DNA from: an uncultured Fimbriimonas sp.
GTDB lineage: Bacteria; Armatimonadota; Fimbriimonadia; Fimbriimonadales; Fimbriimonadaceae
NCBI GenBank assembly: GCA_964619505.1
Contig: CAZUCK010000005.1
Span: forward strand, 10,300-74,299
Direction: 5' to 3'
Length of the DNA stretch: 64,000 nucleotides
Under the pieces are notes generated by a model, which worked only from the letters and a program-made list of their open reading frames with translations, was not told where the DNA came from and searched no databases. Below are positions 27,633 to 37,206 of the stretch, piece by piece. The position numbers and the translations under genes are program-made. The number at the start of each line of letters is the position of its first letter. Position 1 is the first letter of the stretch.

Positions 27633-30566
27633 TCATTCGCTCGCCATCAGATTGAGAACTTCCGCCAAGTGAAGGGCTTCTCGACTTGTTCCTTGTCGTA
27701 TCTGTTCACGGCAACTGAACCCGTCAGCGATGATCAGGGTTTCGGCGTCTGCGTCGCGAATGAGGGGAAGCAGCGATTGTTCACCGCATTTTATCGAGAC
27801 ATCGAACGGCTTACCCTTTTCAAATCCGAAGGGGCCGGCCATACCGCAGCAGCCCGGTGCGGACCCTTTCAATTTTAGACCCAACTTTCCGAGGATCGAG
27901 TCTTGCGCGGCAGTTCCCATAATCGACTTGTGGTGGCAGTGGCCGTGGACGATGGCGTCTCGTTCGATCCGTGGGAATTTGAAATCAGGTGCGAAGCGCT
28001 CCAGGAACTCGCTGAAAAGAAAGGTTTGAGAGGCGAGTTTTTTAGCGAGAGGCTTTTCGGGAAAGAGGTTCAACAACTCATCGCGAAAAACAGCGGCGCA
28101 GCTGGGCTCCAAAACCACGATCGGCGTGCCTGCCTGAATCGCGTCGTTGAGGGCATCCATGATGTTCAAGAGATGTCTTTTGGCTTCAGCAAGCATTCCA
28201 AAGTCGTAGAGCGGCCTGCCGCAACACATGTTTTGCGTAGGCACGGTGACGGCAAAACCTGCACGTTCCAAGACCTCCAATGCAGCACGCGCCGTTTCGG
28301 GGTGGAAGTGATTGTTGAACGTATCGGGCCAGAGGATGACGTCGGGAATCGGAGAATTTGAATGGGTTTTGGGTTGACGCTGGGCGACCCATTTCTTAAA
28401 AGTCTGCCTCGCAAAGATTGGCACTTGGCGCTGCTGGGCAACGCCGAGCATGGCCTTAAAGGGGCGAGTTTTGGCGATCGCGTTTGCCAGGCTCGGAATG
28501 ATCGACGCAAGCCGTGCCCATTTGTCGATCCGGCCAAATGCGTAAGCGCGTAGGGGTCTTGGGCGACCTTCGAAATAGTGGGAAAGGAACTCAGCCTTGT
28601 AAGTCGCCATATCGACTTGAGTTGGGCAGTCACTCTTGCATCCTTTGCAGGAGAGGCAGAGGTCGAGCGCTTCTTTCACCTCTTCATTCTTCCAGCCGTC
28701 TTGGATGAGATCACCTTGCGCCATCTCCATCAAAAGGCGAGCCCGACCGCGCGTGGAGTGCTTTTCCTCACCGGTGACTTGAAAGCTGGGGCACATGATG
28801 CCGCCGGATTTCCGGCGGCAAACGCCGGCACCGACACAGCGGAAAGCCGCCTCCCCGAAGCTCCCGGCGTCAGTTGGGAATTTGAAATGGGTTTCGAGCG
28901 TTTTGAACCGCAGCGCCGGGCTGACGGCAAGGTTTTCATCCAGTTTGTAGGGTGCGACCAGTTTGCCCGGGTTCATCTTCCAAGCGGGGTCCCAGATCGC
29001 CTTGAACTCGGCGAAGGCTTGGATCAGTTCCTTCCCATACATTCTGGTGAGCAGTTCACCTCGAGCCTGGCCGTCACCGTGCTCGCCGGTGAGTGATCCA
29101 CCATGGCGGTGAACGAGATCGGCGCCTTCTTCCATGAACCGACGCATGTCAGCGACGCCTTGGTCAGAGCGAAGGTCGAAATCGATTCTAATGTGGACAC
29201 AGCCGTCGCCGTAGTGTCCATAGGATGAGCCCGTATAGCCGAACTGGGCCATCAAAGAATGGAAGTCCTGAAGATAGTCGCCTAGAACGCTGGGGTCGAC
29301 GGCGGTATCCTCCCAGCCCTCCCAGTTCTCCTTTTCGCCCGGAACGTGAGCGATTGCTCCGAGGCTCGTTTCGCGCAATCGCCAGATGCTTCGTTGTTCA
29401 TCGTCTTCCAAGCAAAGGTTCGCTGTGGCTTTGCCCGCTGCCGCATCCATGAGTCTCTTGGCACGATCGATCGCAGCGCCCTTGGTGTCGCCCCCGAACT
29501 CGACGAGCAGCCAGACGTTTCCTTCGGGCAACAGTTCCCTTCCCACCGGCTTCATGCCCTTCAACTTCATCTTTTCGAAGAACATCACGTCAAGGCCCTC
29601 GCATGCGAGCGGCTTAAACTCCAGACAGGTTTTGACGTAGTGTCCAGCCGCTGGCTGGTCTGGGAAGCCGAGAGCCAACATCACCTTCGCTTTCGGGAGT
29701 TCAATCAGTTTCACTTTCGCGCTCAGCACGAGCGCGCAGGTGGATTCCGAGCCGACCAACGCGCGAGCGACATTGAAGCCGTTTTCCGGTAGGAGTTCGT
29801 CGAGGTTATAGCCGGATACGCGCCTGGGAATTTTGGGATAGCGCTCTCTTATGAGATCGGCGTACCTGTCGCGTAGGTCGGCGAGCGCGCTGTAAATCTC
29901 GGCTTTCCGGCCGCCTTTTGCGAGAATGTCTTGGAATTCGTCTTCGGTGGTGGGGCCGACGGTCATTCGATGGCCGTCGTAGGTTAGGATTTCCAGTTCC
30001 TGAACGTTGTCGGAGGTTCGCCCCGCCGTGACCGAGTGGACACCGCAAGAGTTGTTCCCGATCATGCCGCCGAACGTACATCGGCTATGGGTGGCCGGAT
30101 CGGGCCCGAAAGCGAGTCCGTGGGGTCTGACGGCGTTCTGAAGGTCGTCAAGCACGGTGCCCGGCTGAACTCTTGCCTGCTTGCCGGCGCCGTCGACTTC
30201 AAGAACGCCGTACATGTGGCGTGAGAAATCGAGAAGGAGGGCGAAGTTACTCTCTTGTCCCGCAAGAGACGTGCCGGCGCCGCGGGCGATGATGGGGACA
30301 CCATGCTTCAAGGCGACGGTTACGGCAGCTTCGACGTCGCACTCATCCAGTGGAGTGATGACCCCGATGGGGACGGAACGGTAATTGGAGGCTCCGTGGG
30401 CGTACATGCCTCGCGTGCCGGGATCAAAGGAGATTTCGCCTCTCACTGTCGCCGCCAAATCCTTGTGAAGGGCATTGAGATCGAGGTCGAGGCTCGCCTC
30501 GGTGCCCGTTTGGTTGCCGCTTTCGAAACGGATGGGCAGCATACGGATGGGGATTCGCGTGGGCAT
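27633..30566 (-). CDS. FAD-binding and (Fe-S)-binding oxidoreductase (YdiJ-like; GlcD-type FAD oxidase fused to 4Fe-4S and CCG domains)
   Basis: N-terminal PCMH FAD domain (ARGAGTSLAGQ), ferredoxin-type CLSCKGCKSDCP, and C-terminal Cys-rich CCG-type repeats (MCCGRP..., GCCGMAGPFG). Length 977 aa. Confidence 0.9.
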   Translation of the reverse strand: MPTRIPIRMLPIRFESGNQTGTEASLDLDLNALHKDLAATVRGEISFDPGTRGMYAHGASNYRSVPIGVITPLDECDVEAAVTVALKHGVPIIARGAGTSLAGQESNFALLLDFSRHMYGVLEVDGAGKQARVQPGTVLDDLQNAVRPHGLAFGPDPATHSRCTFGGMIGNNSCGVHSVTAGRTSDNVQELEILTYDGHRMTVGPTTEDEFQDILAKGGRKAEIYSALADLRDRYADLIRERYPKIPRRVSGYNLDELLPENGFNVARALVGSESTCALVLSAKVKLIELPKAKVMLALGFPDQPAAGHYVKTCLEFKPLACEGLDVMFFEKMKLKGMKPVGRELLPEGNVWLLVEFGGDTKGAAIDRAKRLMDAAAGKATANLCLEDDEQRSIWRLRETSLGAIAHVPGEKENWEGWEDTAVDPSVLGDYLQDFHSLMAQFGYTGSSYGHYGDGCVHIRIDFDLRSDQGVADMRRFMEEGADLVHRHGGSLTGEHGDGQARGELLTRMYGKELIQAFAEFKAIWDPAWKMNPGKLVAPYKLDENLAVSPALRFKTLETHFKFPTDAGSFGEAAFRCVGAGVCRRKSGGIMCPSFQVTGEEKHSTRGRARLLMEMAQGDLIQDGWKNEEVKEALDLCLSCKGCKSDCPTQVDMATYKAEFLSHYFEGRPRPLRAYAFGRIDKWARLASIIPSLANAIAKTRPFKAMLGVAQQRQVPIFARQTFKKWVAQRQPKTHSNSPIPDVILWPDTFNNHFHPETARAALEVLERAGFAVTVPTQNMCCGRPLYDFGMLAEAKRHLLNIMDALNDAIQAGTPIVVLEPSCAAVFRDELLNLFPEKPLAKKLASQTFLFSEFLERFAPDFKFPRIERDAIVHGHCHHKSIMGTAAQDSILGKLGLKLKGSAPGCCGMAGPFGFEKGKPFDVSIKCGEQSLLPLIRDADAETLIIADGFSCREQIRQGTSREALHLAEVLNLMASE

Positions 30567-30768
30567 GGGGGTGGAGTGTCGATTGATTGTTGTCGGCTGC
30601 CTGACGGGAGATTGGATTATGTGCCTAGAGCGACACGCTCAAGTGAAAGACGTTTGAAGTGGCTCCTTATGGCTCCTCAGGCGTCGCGTCGCGGTGGTGA
30701 TTCGAGCCAGTGGATTGGCAAATTTGCTCTTCGACGTCAAACAATTGGCACAAGGCTGCGGAAGTAGA

Positions 30769-33588
30769 ATGAAGGATATGTCCGAAGGGCCTCGGCCATC
30801 TGGAACCGTCACCTTTCTGTTCACCGACATTGAGGGCAGCACCAAGCTTTGGGAGGGCCACCGCAGCGCCATGACCACTGCCCTGGCACGTCATGACGCC
30901 ATCCTACGAGGTGTCATCGCCGATACAGGAGGGTTCGTCTTCAAAACGATTGGAGACGCGTTCTGCGCCGCCTTCACGACAGCCCATGACGCGGTGGCGG
31001 CCGCCTTACACGCTCAGTTGGCGCTGACGGGGGAGGGCTGGCCCAAGGAGACACCCATCAGGGTGCGCATGGCCATTCATACGGGCGCTGTGGAAAGCAG
31101 AGTGGATGACTATTTCGGCCAACCCCTCAACCGTGTCGCGCGCCTTTTGGCAACCGGCCACGGAGGCCAGACCTTGCTCTCCCAGACCACCTACGACCTT
31201 ACGCGTGACTCGGTGCCTCCTGGCTGCGGGCTCCGTGAACTGGGCGAGCACAGGCTCAAAGACTTAGGCAGGCCCGAGAGCGTTTACCAACTGACGCATG
31301 CGCGGCTGCCGGCGACCTTTCCACCGTTGCAGTCGCTTGACAATCCGGGTTTGAAACACAACTTGCCGCAACAGGTGACCAATTTTGTGGGGCGTGAGAA
31401 GGAGATGGCGGAGATCCAATCGCTGTTGTCGAGGGCTCGCTTGCTGTCCATCACGGGGTCCGGAGGCAGCGGCAAATCGCGCCTCGCGCTTCAAGTTGCG
31501 GTCGATGAGCTTGACGGAACGGGCGATGGCGTTTGGCTTGTCGAACTGGCGCCGCTTTCCGATTCGAACTTAGTCCCTCAAACGGTTGCCAATGCCCTTG
31601 GAGTCAAAGAGGAGCAAGGCAAGCCTCTGATTCAGAGCCTCATCGAGCACTTGAAGAGCAAGCGACTCTTGTTGTTGTTGGACAACTGCGAACATCTTTT
31701 GGACGCATGTGCTAGGCTTTCGGACCTCCTAATTCGACAGTGTCCTGGCGTGCAGATCCTGACCACCAGCCGCGAGAGCCTGGGTATCGCCGGAGAGCAG
31801 GTCTATAAGATTCCTTCCCTGTCGATCCCCAATCCAAAGTTGGCCCAAACGCCTGAAACCCTGTCGCACTTCGAGGCAGTTCAGTTATTCATCGATCGTG
31901 CCTTGATGGCTCATCCATCTTTCTTGGTCACGAACAAGAACGCTCCGGCTTTGGCGTCACTCTGTTTCCAACTGGACGGCATTCCTTTTGCCATCGAGTT
32001 GGCGGCGGCACGTGTTCGATCTCTTTCGGTGGAAGAGATCGACGGCAAGCTGGATCAACGTTTCCGACTGCTCACGGGCGGCTCGCGAACGGCCTTGCCC
32101 AGGCACCAGACCCTTCGTGCCCTCATTGACTGGAGCAACGACTTGCTGAATGAGGACGAGCGATCTCTTCTTTGGCGTCTCTCCGTTTTCACAGGAGGGT
32201 GGACCCTTGAGGCTGCGGAATGTGTCTGTGCAGGCGAGGGTGTAGATGATTGGCAAGTGCTTGACCTTCTGACGTCCCTCGCCGACAAAAGTCTGGTGGT
32301 CGCAGAACAGAAAGGCGGTCGGTCACGCTATTCGTTGCTGGAGACGGTGCGACAATATTCAAGGGACCGCCTTGAAGAATCGGGATCGCGGCGGGAGTGG
32401 CGAAACCGCCATTTCGACCATATGTTGTCCCTAGCCGAAGAAGCGGAACCCCAGCTGACTGGCCCTGATCAGGCTAAGTGGCTGGACCAACTCGACATCG
32501 AACATGACAACCTGAGGGCGGCACTGAGTTGGAGCACGGATGAGCAGAGCAAGCTCGGCAATGATGCAACTTTGCGAGTGGCCGGGGCACTCTGGAGATT
32601 TTGGTTGATCCGAGGTTTTCTTGCCGAGGGCCGAATCTGGTTGGCTGATCCGCTGCGCGAGACGCAAGGTACCGGCACGATGGCCGTTCGGGCAAAGGCT
32701 CTCAACGGGGCAGGCGCTTTGGCCCGACAGCAGGGCGACTACGAAGATGCCCGAGGGTTTCACCAAGAGGGGCTCGCGCTCTTCAAGGAGATCGGCGACC
32801 TCTCAGGCGTCGCGAGGTCGCTCCTCAATTTGGGCAACGTAGCCTACGAACAGGGAGCCTACGACGAAGCGCGAGCCCTGTACGAAGAAAATCTGAGCAT
32901 TCGTCGACAGTTGGGAGACAAGTGGGGCATCGGATTGTCTTTGAACAACTTGGGAAGCGTCGCTCTGGACCAAGGAGACTATGAGGCCGCCAGCAGCCTT
33001 CTGAGCGAGAGCCTCGAGATTGCCAGGGCCCTAGGGGACCCGTCCGGAACGGCCCTAGCCTTGGCCAATTTGGGGAACGTCGCCTTTCAGAAATTGGATT
33101 ACCCAGCAGCCCGCAAGTTGTTCGAAGAGAGTTTGACGCTTTATGATGCTCTCGACGACGCCCGCGGACTCGCCTCCGCAAACAACAACTTGGCGATGGT
33201 AGCCATCGAACAGGGCGACTTCCAAGCAACTCGTTCGTTCATCAACAAGGGCTTGAAGGCTTTCAGAGATCTCGATGACCCGCGCAACATCGCCTACTCC
33301 CTTGAGATTGCCGCACCACTCACAGCGGAGACAGGTGACCCCAGTTCGGCTGCCCGTATTTGGGGTGCAGCGGAGCGATTGCGTGAAGTGATCGGCGTGC
33401 CGTTGCCGCCCAACGAGCGTTCGCTCTACGACCGGCGGGTGGCGGCTGCACGAACCGCATTGGGTGACGAAGTTCTGTTTAGCCGATCCTGGCAAGAAGG
33501 CCGCAACCTCGACTTGGAGGCGGCGATCGAGAGGACCCTTGAACAGGCTGTGGTAACGCATGGTATCCCGATGAGCAACGTGCCTTAA
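30769..33588 (+). CDS. class III adenylate/guanylate cyclase domain fused to a STAND-type P-loop NTPase and TPR array
   Basis: Cyclase motifs VTFLFTDIEGST, IGDAFCAAF and RVRMAIHTG. P-loop ITGSGGSGKSRLA with LLLLDNCEHL. At least 8 TPR-like repeats (ARSLLNLGNVAYEQGAYDEARALYEE...). ATG 30769 (GGAAG upstream) is preferred to GTG 30694. Confidence 0.9.
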   Translation: MKDMSEGPRPSGTVTFLFTDIEGSTKLWEGHRSAMTTALARHDAILRGVIADTGGFVFKTIGDAFCAAFTTAHDAVAAALHAQLALTGEGWPKETPIRVRMAIHTGAVESRVDDYFGQPLNRVARLLATGHGGQTLLSQTTYDLTRDSVPPGCGLRELGEHRLKDLGRPESVYQLTHARLPATFPPLQSLDNPGLKHNLPQQVTNFVGREKEMAEIQSLLSRARLLSITGSGGSGKSRLALQVAVDELDGTGDGVWLVELAPLSDSNLVPQTVANALGVKEEQGKPLIQSLIEHLKSKRLLLLLDNCEHLLDACARLSDLLIRQCPGVQILTTSRESLGIAGEQVYKIPSLSIPNPKLAQTPETLSHFEAVQLFIDRALMAHPSFLVTNKNAPALASLCFQLDGIPFAIELAAARVRSLSVEEIDGKLDQRFRLLTGGSRTALPRHQTLRALIDWSNDLLNEDERSLLWRLSVFTGGWTLEAAECVCAGEGVDDWQVLDLLTSLADKSLVVAEQKGGRSRYSLLETVRQYSRDRLEESGSRREWRNRHFDHMLSLAEEAEPQLTGPDQAKWLDQLDIEHDNLRAALSWSTDEQSKLGNDATLRVAGALWRFWLIRGFLAEGRIWLADPLRETQGTGTMAVRAKALNGAGALARQQGDYEDARGFHQEGLALFKEIGDLSGVARSLLNLGNVAYEQGAYDEARALYEENLSIRRQLGDKWGIGLSLNNLGSVALDQGDYEAASSLLSESLEIARALGDPSGTALALANLGNVAFQKLDYPAARKLFEESLTLYDALDDARGLASANNNLAMVAIEQGDFQATRSFINKGLKAFRDLDDPRNIAYSLEIAAPLTAETGDPSSAARIWGAAERLREVIGVPLPPNERSLYDRRVAAARTALGDEVLFSRSWQEGRNLDLEAAIERTLEQAVVTHGIPMSNVP

Positions 33589-33634
33589 GGCTCGCCCAGA
33601 TGGATGGCCCCTCGAGTTCCGACGGTGGTCGGAA

Positions 33635-34654
33635 GTGATCGCCTGCCTTTGCACTCGGAGCGTTGAACCCAAGGTGTTACGCGAAGGCTTTGAAAGCTCT
33701 TATAATCTAGGGGTGGCAACCGATGAGAGCGCAATCGCGAAGCCCGTGCGCTATCCCTTGTTCGACGTCCTAAGGCTGTTCTTGGCCCTGGAAGTCGTCT
33801 TCGGGCACGTCTTGAAGCTGCCCAGCGGTGAATCGCTCCTCAATCCTATTCCGGCCGTCGCATGTTTCGTTTGCCTGTCGGGATTCTTAATTCCCGGCTC
33901 GTTTACGAATTCACGCAATTGGGGTCATTTCGCGTGGAAGCGTTTACTGCGAGTCATGCCGGGATTTCTCGTGTCCTTTACCCTCGTGGCGGCGCTCTGG
34001 GGACCTCGAATGGTGGTCCCAACTTTTGTGTTCTACCTTTATATGGGACTCGGGCCCCAATTGAGCGCCAATCCGGTTCTTTGGTCGCTGATGCTGGAAG
34101 AGGTGATGTACTTCTTCCACGGCTTGGCCCGGGTGACGCGTCGGGTCTGGAACATTTACACCGTGATCTTAGTGTTCATCGCCCTCAGCGCTTTATGGCT
34201 GACCCTTAACTATTACGACGTCGATATGCCCTTCGGATCGGGACGTGTCATTCCACCCATCACTTCGTTTCTGGCAGGAAACATCCTTTCGTTCGGCAAG
34301 GAATGGATGAAGCGCATCCATTGGGCTCCCATCGCCGGAGCGTTGGCATTGACGCTGGCGGCACGAACGATGTTCGAGATACCGTGGGAAGTCGCGACAC
34401 CCTTGACTTGCGCGTTGACGGTCGCCCTGGCTTTCAGGCTGCCGCAGATTCCGTGGGATATCCCTGATTACAGCTTCGGCGTGTACGTCTATCACTACCC
34501 AATCTTCCTTCTCACGCGAGCTCTGTGGCCGACCGTGGCCAGTTCGCTTTGCCTTGCCGCGCTTTCATGGCACCTGTTGGAAAGCAAGGCGCTTACCCTG
34601 AAGGACTGGCAACCACGCAGGGGACACCGGGAGCCGATCGCGGACGCCGTGTAA
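33635..34654 (+). CDS. membrane acyltransferase (acyltransferase-3 family)
   Basis: Polytopic hydrophobic protein beginning ...RYPLFDVLRLFLALEVVFGHV, the typical acyl_transf_3 N-terminus. In-frame GTG 33713 (preceded by TATAAT and AGGGG) is an alternative start. Confidence 0.75.
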   Translation: MIACLCTRSVEPKVLREGFESSYNLGVATDESAIAKPVRYPLFDVLRLFLALEVVFGHVLKLPSGESLLNPIPAVACFVCLSGFLIPGSFTNSRNWGHFAWKRLLRVMPGFLVSFTLVAALWGPRMVVPTFVFYLYMGLGPQLSANPVLWSLMLEEVMYFFHGLARVTRRVWNIYTVILVFIALSALWLTLNYYDVDMPFGSGRVIPPITSFLAGNILSFGKEWMKRIHWAPIAGALALTLAARTMFEIPWEVATPLTCALTVALAFRLPQIPWDIPDYSFGVYVYHYPIFLLTRALWPTVASSLCLAALSWHLLESKALTLKDWQPRRGHREPIADAV

Positions 34655-34706
34655 GTGCACAAGGAATCTTCTCAAGAAGGCACTTCTCCTCCATATCTGG
34701 ACCGTA

Positions 34707-34794
34707 TGGAGGAGAGAAGGGGATTCGAACCCCTGAAGGTTTGACCCTTAGCGGTTTTCAAGACCGCCGCAATCGACCACTCTGCCATCTCTCC
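34707..34794 (-). tRNA. tRNA-Ser (anticodon UGA), CCA encoded
   Basis: Hand fold of the minus strand: acceptor GGAGAGA/TCTCTCC; 3-bp D stem GCA/TGC; anticodon stem GCGGT/ACCGC with loop CUUGAAA (anticodon UGA); long variable arm AAGG-GTCAAA-CCTT; T arm AGGGG-TTCGAAT-CCCCT; discriminator U, then CCA. Confidence 0.93.
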
Positions 34795-34857
34795 GAGGGG
34801 AGATTGTACTCGGGTGAAGGGTGTCGCGGTGCTGGGATGTTGGGGTGTGACGCCGCG

Positions 34858-35187
34858 TCAATCGACAATGAAGAGCCGAGTGCCATGTTGAGACGATGAA
34901 CGGTGGCCGGGCGGGCCATCCGCCACCTGATAGCTGTAACCCGCTTTCAAAGTGAATTTGCGGCCGTCTGCAAGTTCAGTCTCCATCTCCCCTTCCAGGC
35001 AAAAAATCACGTGCCCCTTTTCGCACCAGTGGTTAGCCCGATATCCCGGCGAGTAGTCGACCATGCGTATGCGAATATCGCCGAAGAGGCGGGTGCGCCA
35101 GATGGCCATTCCGGTATCACCTGGGTGTTCTGTCGGCTCGACGACGCTCCAATCGGTCGTCGAGAACGGGATGTCTGTGATACGCAT
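34858..35187 (-). CDS. small cupin-fold protein (DHCW-motif cupin type)
   Basis: 109 aa; ...YSPGYRANHWCEKGHVIFCLEGEMETEL.DGR...AGYSYQV matches the small single-domain cupins annotated as the DHCW-motif family. Confidence 0.75.
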   Translation of the reverse strand: MRITDIPFSTTDWSVVEPTEHPGDTGMAIWRTRLFGDIRIRMVDYSPGYRANHWCEKGHVIFCLEGEMETELADGRKFTLKAGYSYQVADGPPGHRSSSQHGTRLFIVD

Positions 35188-35240
35188 GGATAGGGGTGCC
35201 GCGTGTTACGGTGTTGGGGAGATTCTGAATCTTTTGGGCG

Positions 35241-36002
35241 CTAATCACGCTCAACATAGCGGTTCTTGACCGCTTTCATCGCCGCCTCGGTTCGGCTGTT
35301 GACTTGCAGCGCTTTGAGAATGTTGCTCACGTGGTTCTTGACCGTCTTCTCGGCGATGGTCAGTTTAGAGGCAATGTCCTTGTTGCGCAGACCCTGGGCG
35401 ACCAAGTCGAGAATTTCCGATTCGCGATCGCTGAGGGCAAGCAATTCGCTGTCATCGGTCTCATCTTCGTCTTTGATGCGGCGGAAATCTTCGAGAACCT
35501 TAGTGGCAATCTTCGGGGTGATTTTGGCTTCGCCTTTGTGCGCGAGGCGGATCGCGTCGATGACGTCCTGCGGGGTCGAGGTCTTGAGAAGGTAGCCGAG
35601 CGCGCCTGCCCGAAAGGCGTCGAAGATGGTGTCCTCGTCTTCTTGAACGGTGAGAATGACCACCTTGACAAGCTTCTCCTTCTGCAACAGTTTGCGGGTG
35701 AGTTCGATGCCGGTCATACGGGGCATGTTGACGTCCGTGAGGAGCACGTCGGGCGGATCGGTGAGGCATACATCCAGCGCTTCCTGACCGTCTTTGCAGA
35801 CCGCGAGGAGCTCGCACTCGCCCATGAGGGTCAGCGTCTTCTGAAGGGCGCCTCTGTAAGATGGCTCATCGTCAACGACGATCACTCTAATCTTTTGCGA
35901 CACGACGGGAGTATACATCTGGGCCTGCTGACTGGCCAGCTGGGTCGCTCCATCGTGAAAATTAACAGATTCTTTAAATATCGATTGATTTAATGCACTC
36001 AT
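35241..36002 (-). CDS. response regulator, NarL/FixJ (LuxR-type HTH) family
   Basis: Receiver domain IRVIVVDDEPS...LLTDVNMPRMTG...ILTVQ. C-terminal LSDRESEILDLVAQGLRNKDIASKLTIAEKTVKNHVSNILKAL. The first ~28 codons are AT-rich; ATG 35918 (MYTPVVSQKIRVIVVDD) is an alternative start. Confidence 0.9.
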   Translation of the reverse strand: MSALNQSIFKESVNFHDGATQLASQQAQMYTPVVSQKIRVIVVDDEPSYRGALQKTLTLMGECELLAVCKDGQEALDVCLTDPPDVLLTDVNMPRMTGIELTRKLLQKEKLVKVVILTVQEDEDTIFDAFRAGALGYLLKTSTPQDVIDAIRLAHKGEAKITPKIATKVLEDFRRIKDEDETDDSELLALSDRESEILDLVAQGLRNKDIASKLTIAEKTVKNHVSNILKALQVNSRTEAAMKAVKNRYVERD

Positions 36003-36189
36003 TCTTCCCTCTTGGATTCATATTATTCATTTCGAGAGCCAAACCCTAAGGGGTCCTAGGACCTCTGAGGTTGGAGTGTTATAGGAGGGCGGAACGGTCA
36101 AGGTTCTAAATTCAAAATGTCGACCTGCAGAGGTCACGACACCCCGACACCTCAACAGAGCAGTTCTCTAAGGCACAATGTGAATCTGC

Positions 36190-37188
36190 ATGGCTGTTCT
36201 TGAAGTTCGTGACCTTGAAGTCTCTTTTGGCCCGGTGCGCATTTTGCGTGGGGTGAATTTTGACTTGGAGGCTGGGCAGACCCTGGGGGTCGTAGGTGAA
36301 TCGGGCTGCGGGAAGTCTATGACGGGCTTCGCCATTATGGGGATGCTGCAGCGGCCGGGCATTCTGAAAGGTTCCATAAAGCTGGACGGCCGCGAGATTG
36401 CCAATTTGCCCGAGCGAGAGATGCGGGAGGTGCGCGGTGACCAGATTGCGCTCGTGATGCAGGACCCGTTCACAAGTTTGAACCCTATGATGCGGGTTGG
36501 CGACCAGATCGGCGAAGCTTTGCGGCTTCACCAGGGTATGGGGCGCAATGAGGCGTGGAAGAAATCGGTCGAGATGTTGGAGAAGGTGGGGGTCTCCGCG
36601 CCGGAGAGTTCAGCCCGGAAGTTCCCGCACCAAATGAGCGGCGGTCAGAGGCAGCGCGTGGTCATTGGGATGGCGTTCGCTTGCAAACCAACCGTGCTGA
36701 TCGCAGATGAGCCGACGACCGCGCTGGATGTGACCTTGCAGGCGCAGATTTTGAGGTTAATACGCGAGTTGCAGGAAACGGAAGGAACCGCGGTGATGCT
36801 GATCTCCCACGACATTGGGGCAATTGGATCGATCGCGTCGCGGATCGCAGTGTTTTATGCCGGGCGAATTGTGGAACAGGGTCCCTCGGAGTCGGTGCTG
36901 CGGCGGGCGGCCATGCCGTACACCAGGGCGCTTCTCAACGCTTTGCCAAGGGCGGGCATGAAGAGATTGGAGGCGATCGGCGGGCAGCCGCCAGATTTCG
37001 CTCACCTGCCTGCCGGATGCGCGTTCGGACCTCGTTGCCCGCTGCACTTAGAGAAATGCTCTGAAGAGCCGGGATTGCTGTCCGTCGGCAGTGCGCAGTC
37101 CTCGGCTTGTTGGCGCGCGGAGGAAGTCTCGAAGATGCCTCCTGGGAAGATGCTGAACGACGAAGCGGGTGTTGCGCACAAGGATTGA
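36190..37188 (+). CDS. oligopeptide/dipeptide-type ABC transporter ATP-binding protein (OppD/DppD-like), orphan
   Basis: Walker A GESGCGKSM, signature MSGGQRQRV, Walker B LIADEPTTALD, and the Opp-type C-terminal Cys motif GCAFGPRCPLHLEKC. There is no permease or binding-protein gene next to it. Confidence 0.9.
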   Translation: MAVLEVRDLEVSFGPVRILRGVNFDLEAGQTLGVVGESGCGKSMTGFAIMGMLQRPGILKGSIKLDGREIANLPEREMREVRGDQIALVMQDPFTSLNPMMRVGDQIGEALRLHQGMGRNEAWKKSVEMLEKVGVSAPESSARKFPHQMSGGQRQRVVIGMAFACKPTVLIADEPTTALDVTLQAQILRLIRELQETEGTAVMLISHDIGAIGSIASRIAVFYAGRIVEQGPSESVLRRAAMPYTRALLNALPRAGMKRLEAIGGQPPDFAHLPAGCAFGPRCPLHLEKCSEEPGLLSVGSAQSSACWRAEEVSKMPPGKMLNDEAGVAHKD

Positions 37189-37206
37189 TTGGAGGATCGG
37201 ACTCGG

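Noticed and set aside
33589-36002. A genomic island integrated at tRNA-Ser (acyltransferase-3, cupin and LuxR regulator nearby)
   Set aside because: I found no integrase or recombinase, no direct repeat of the tRNA 3' end in the flanks, and no obvious compositional break. The genes look like ordinary chromosomal neighbours.
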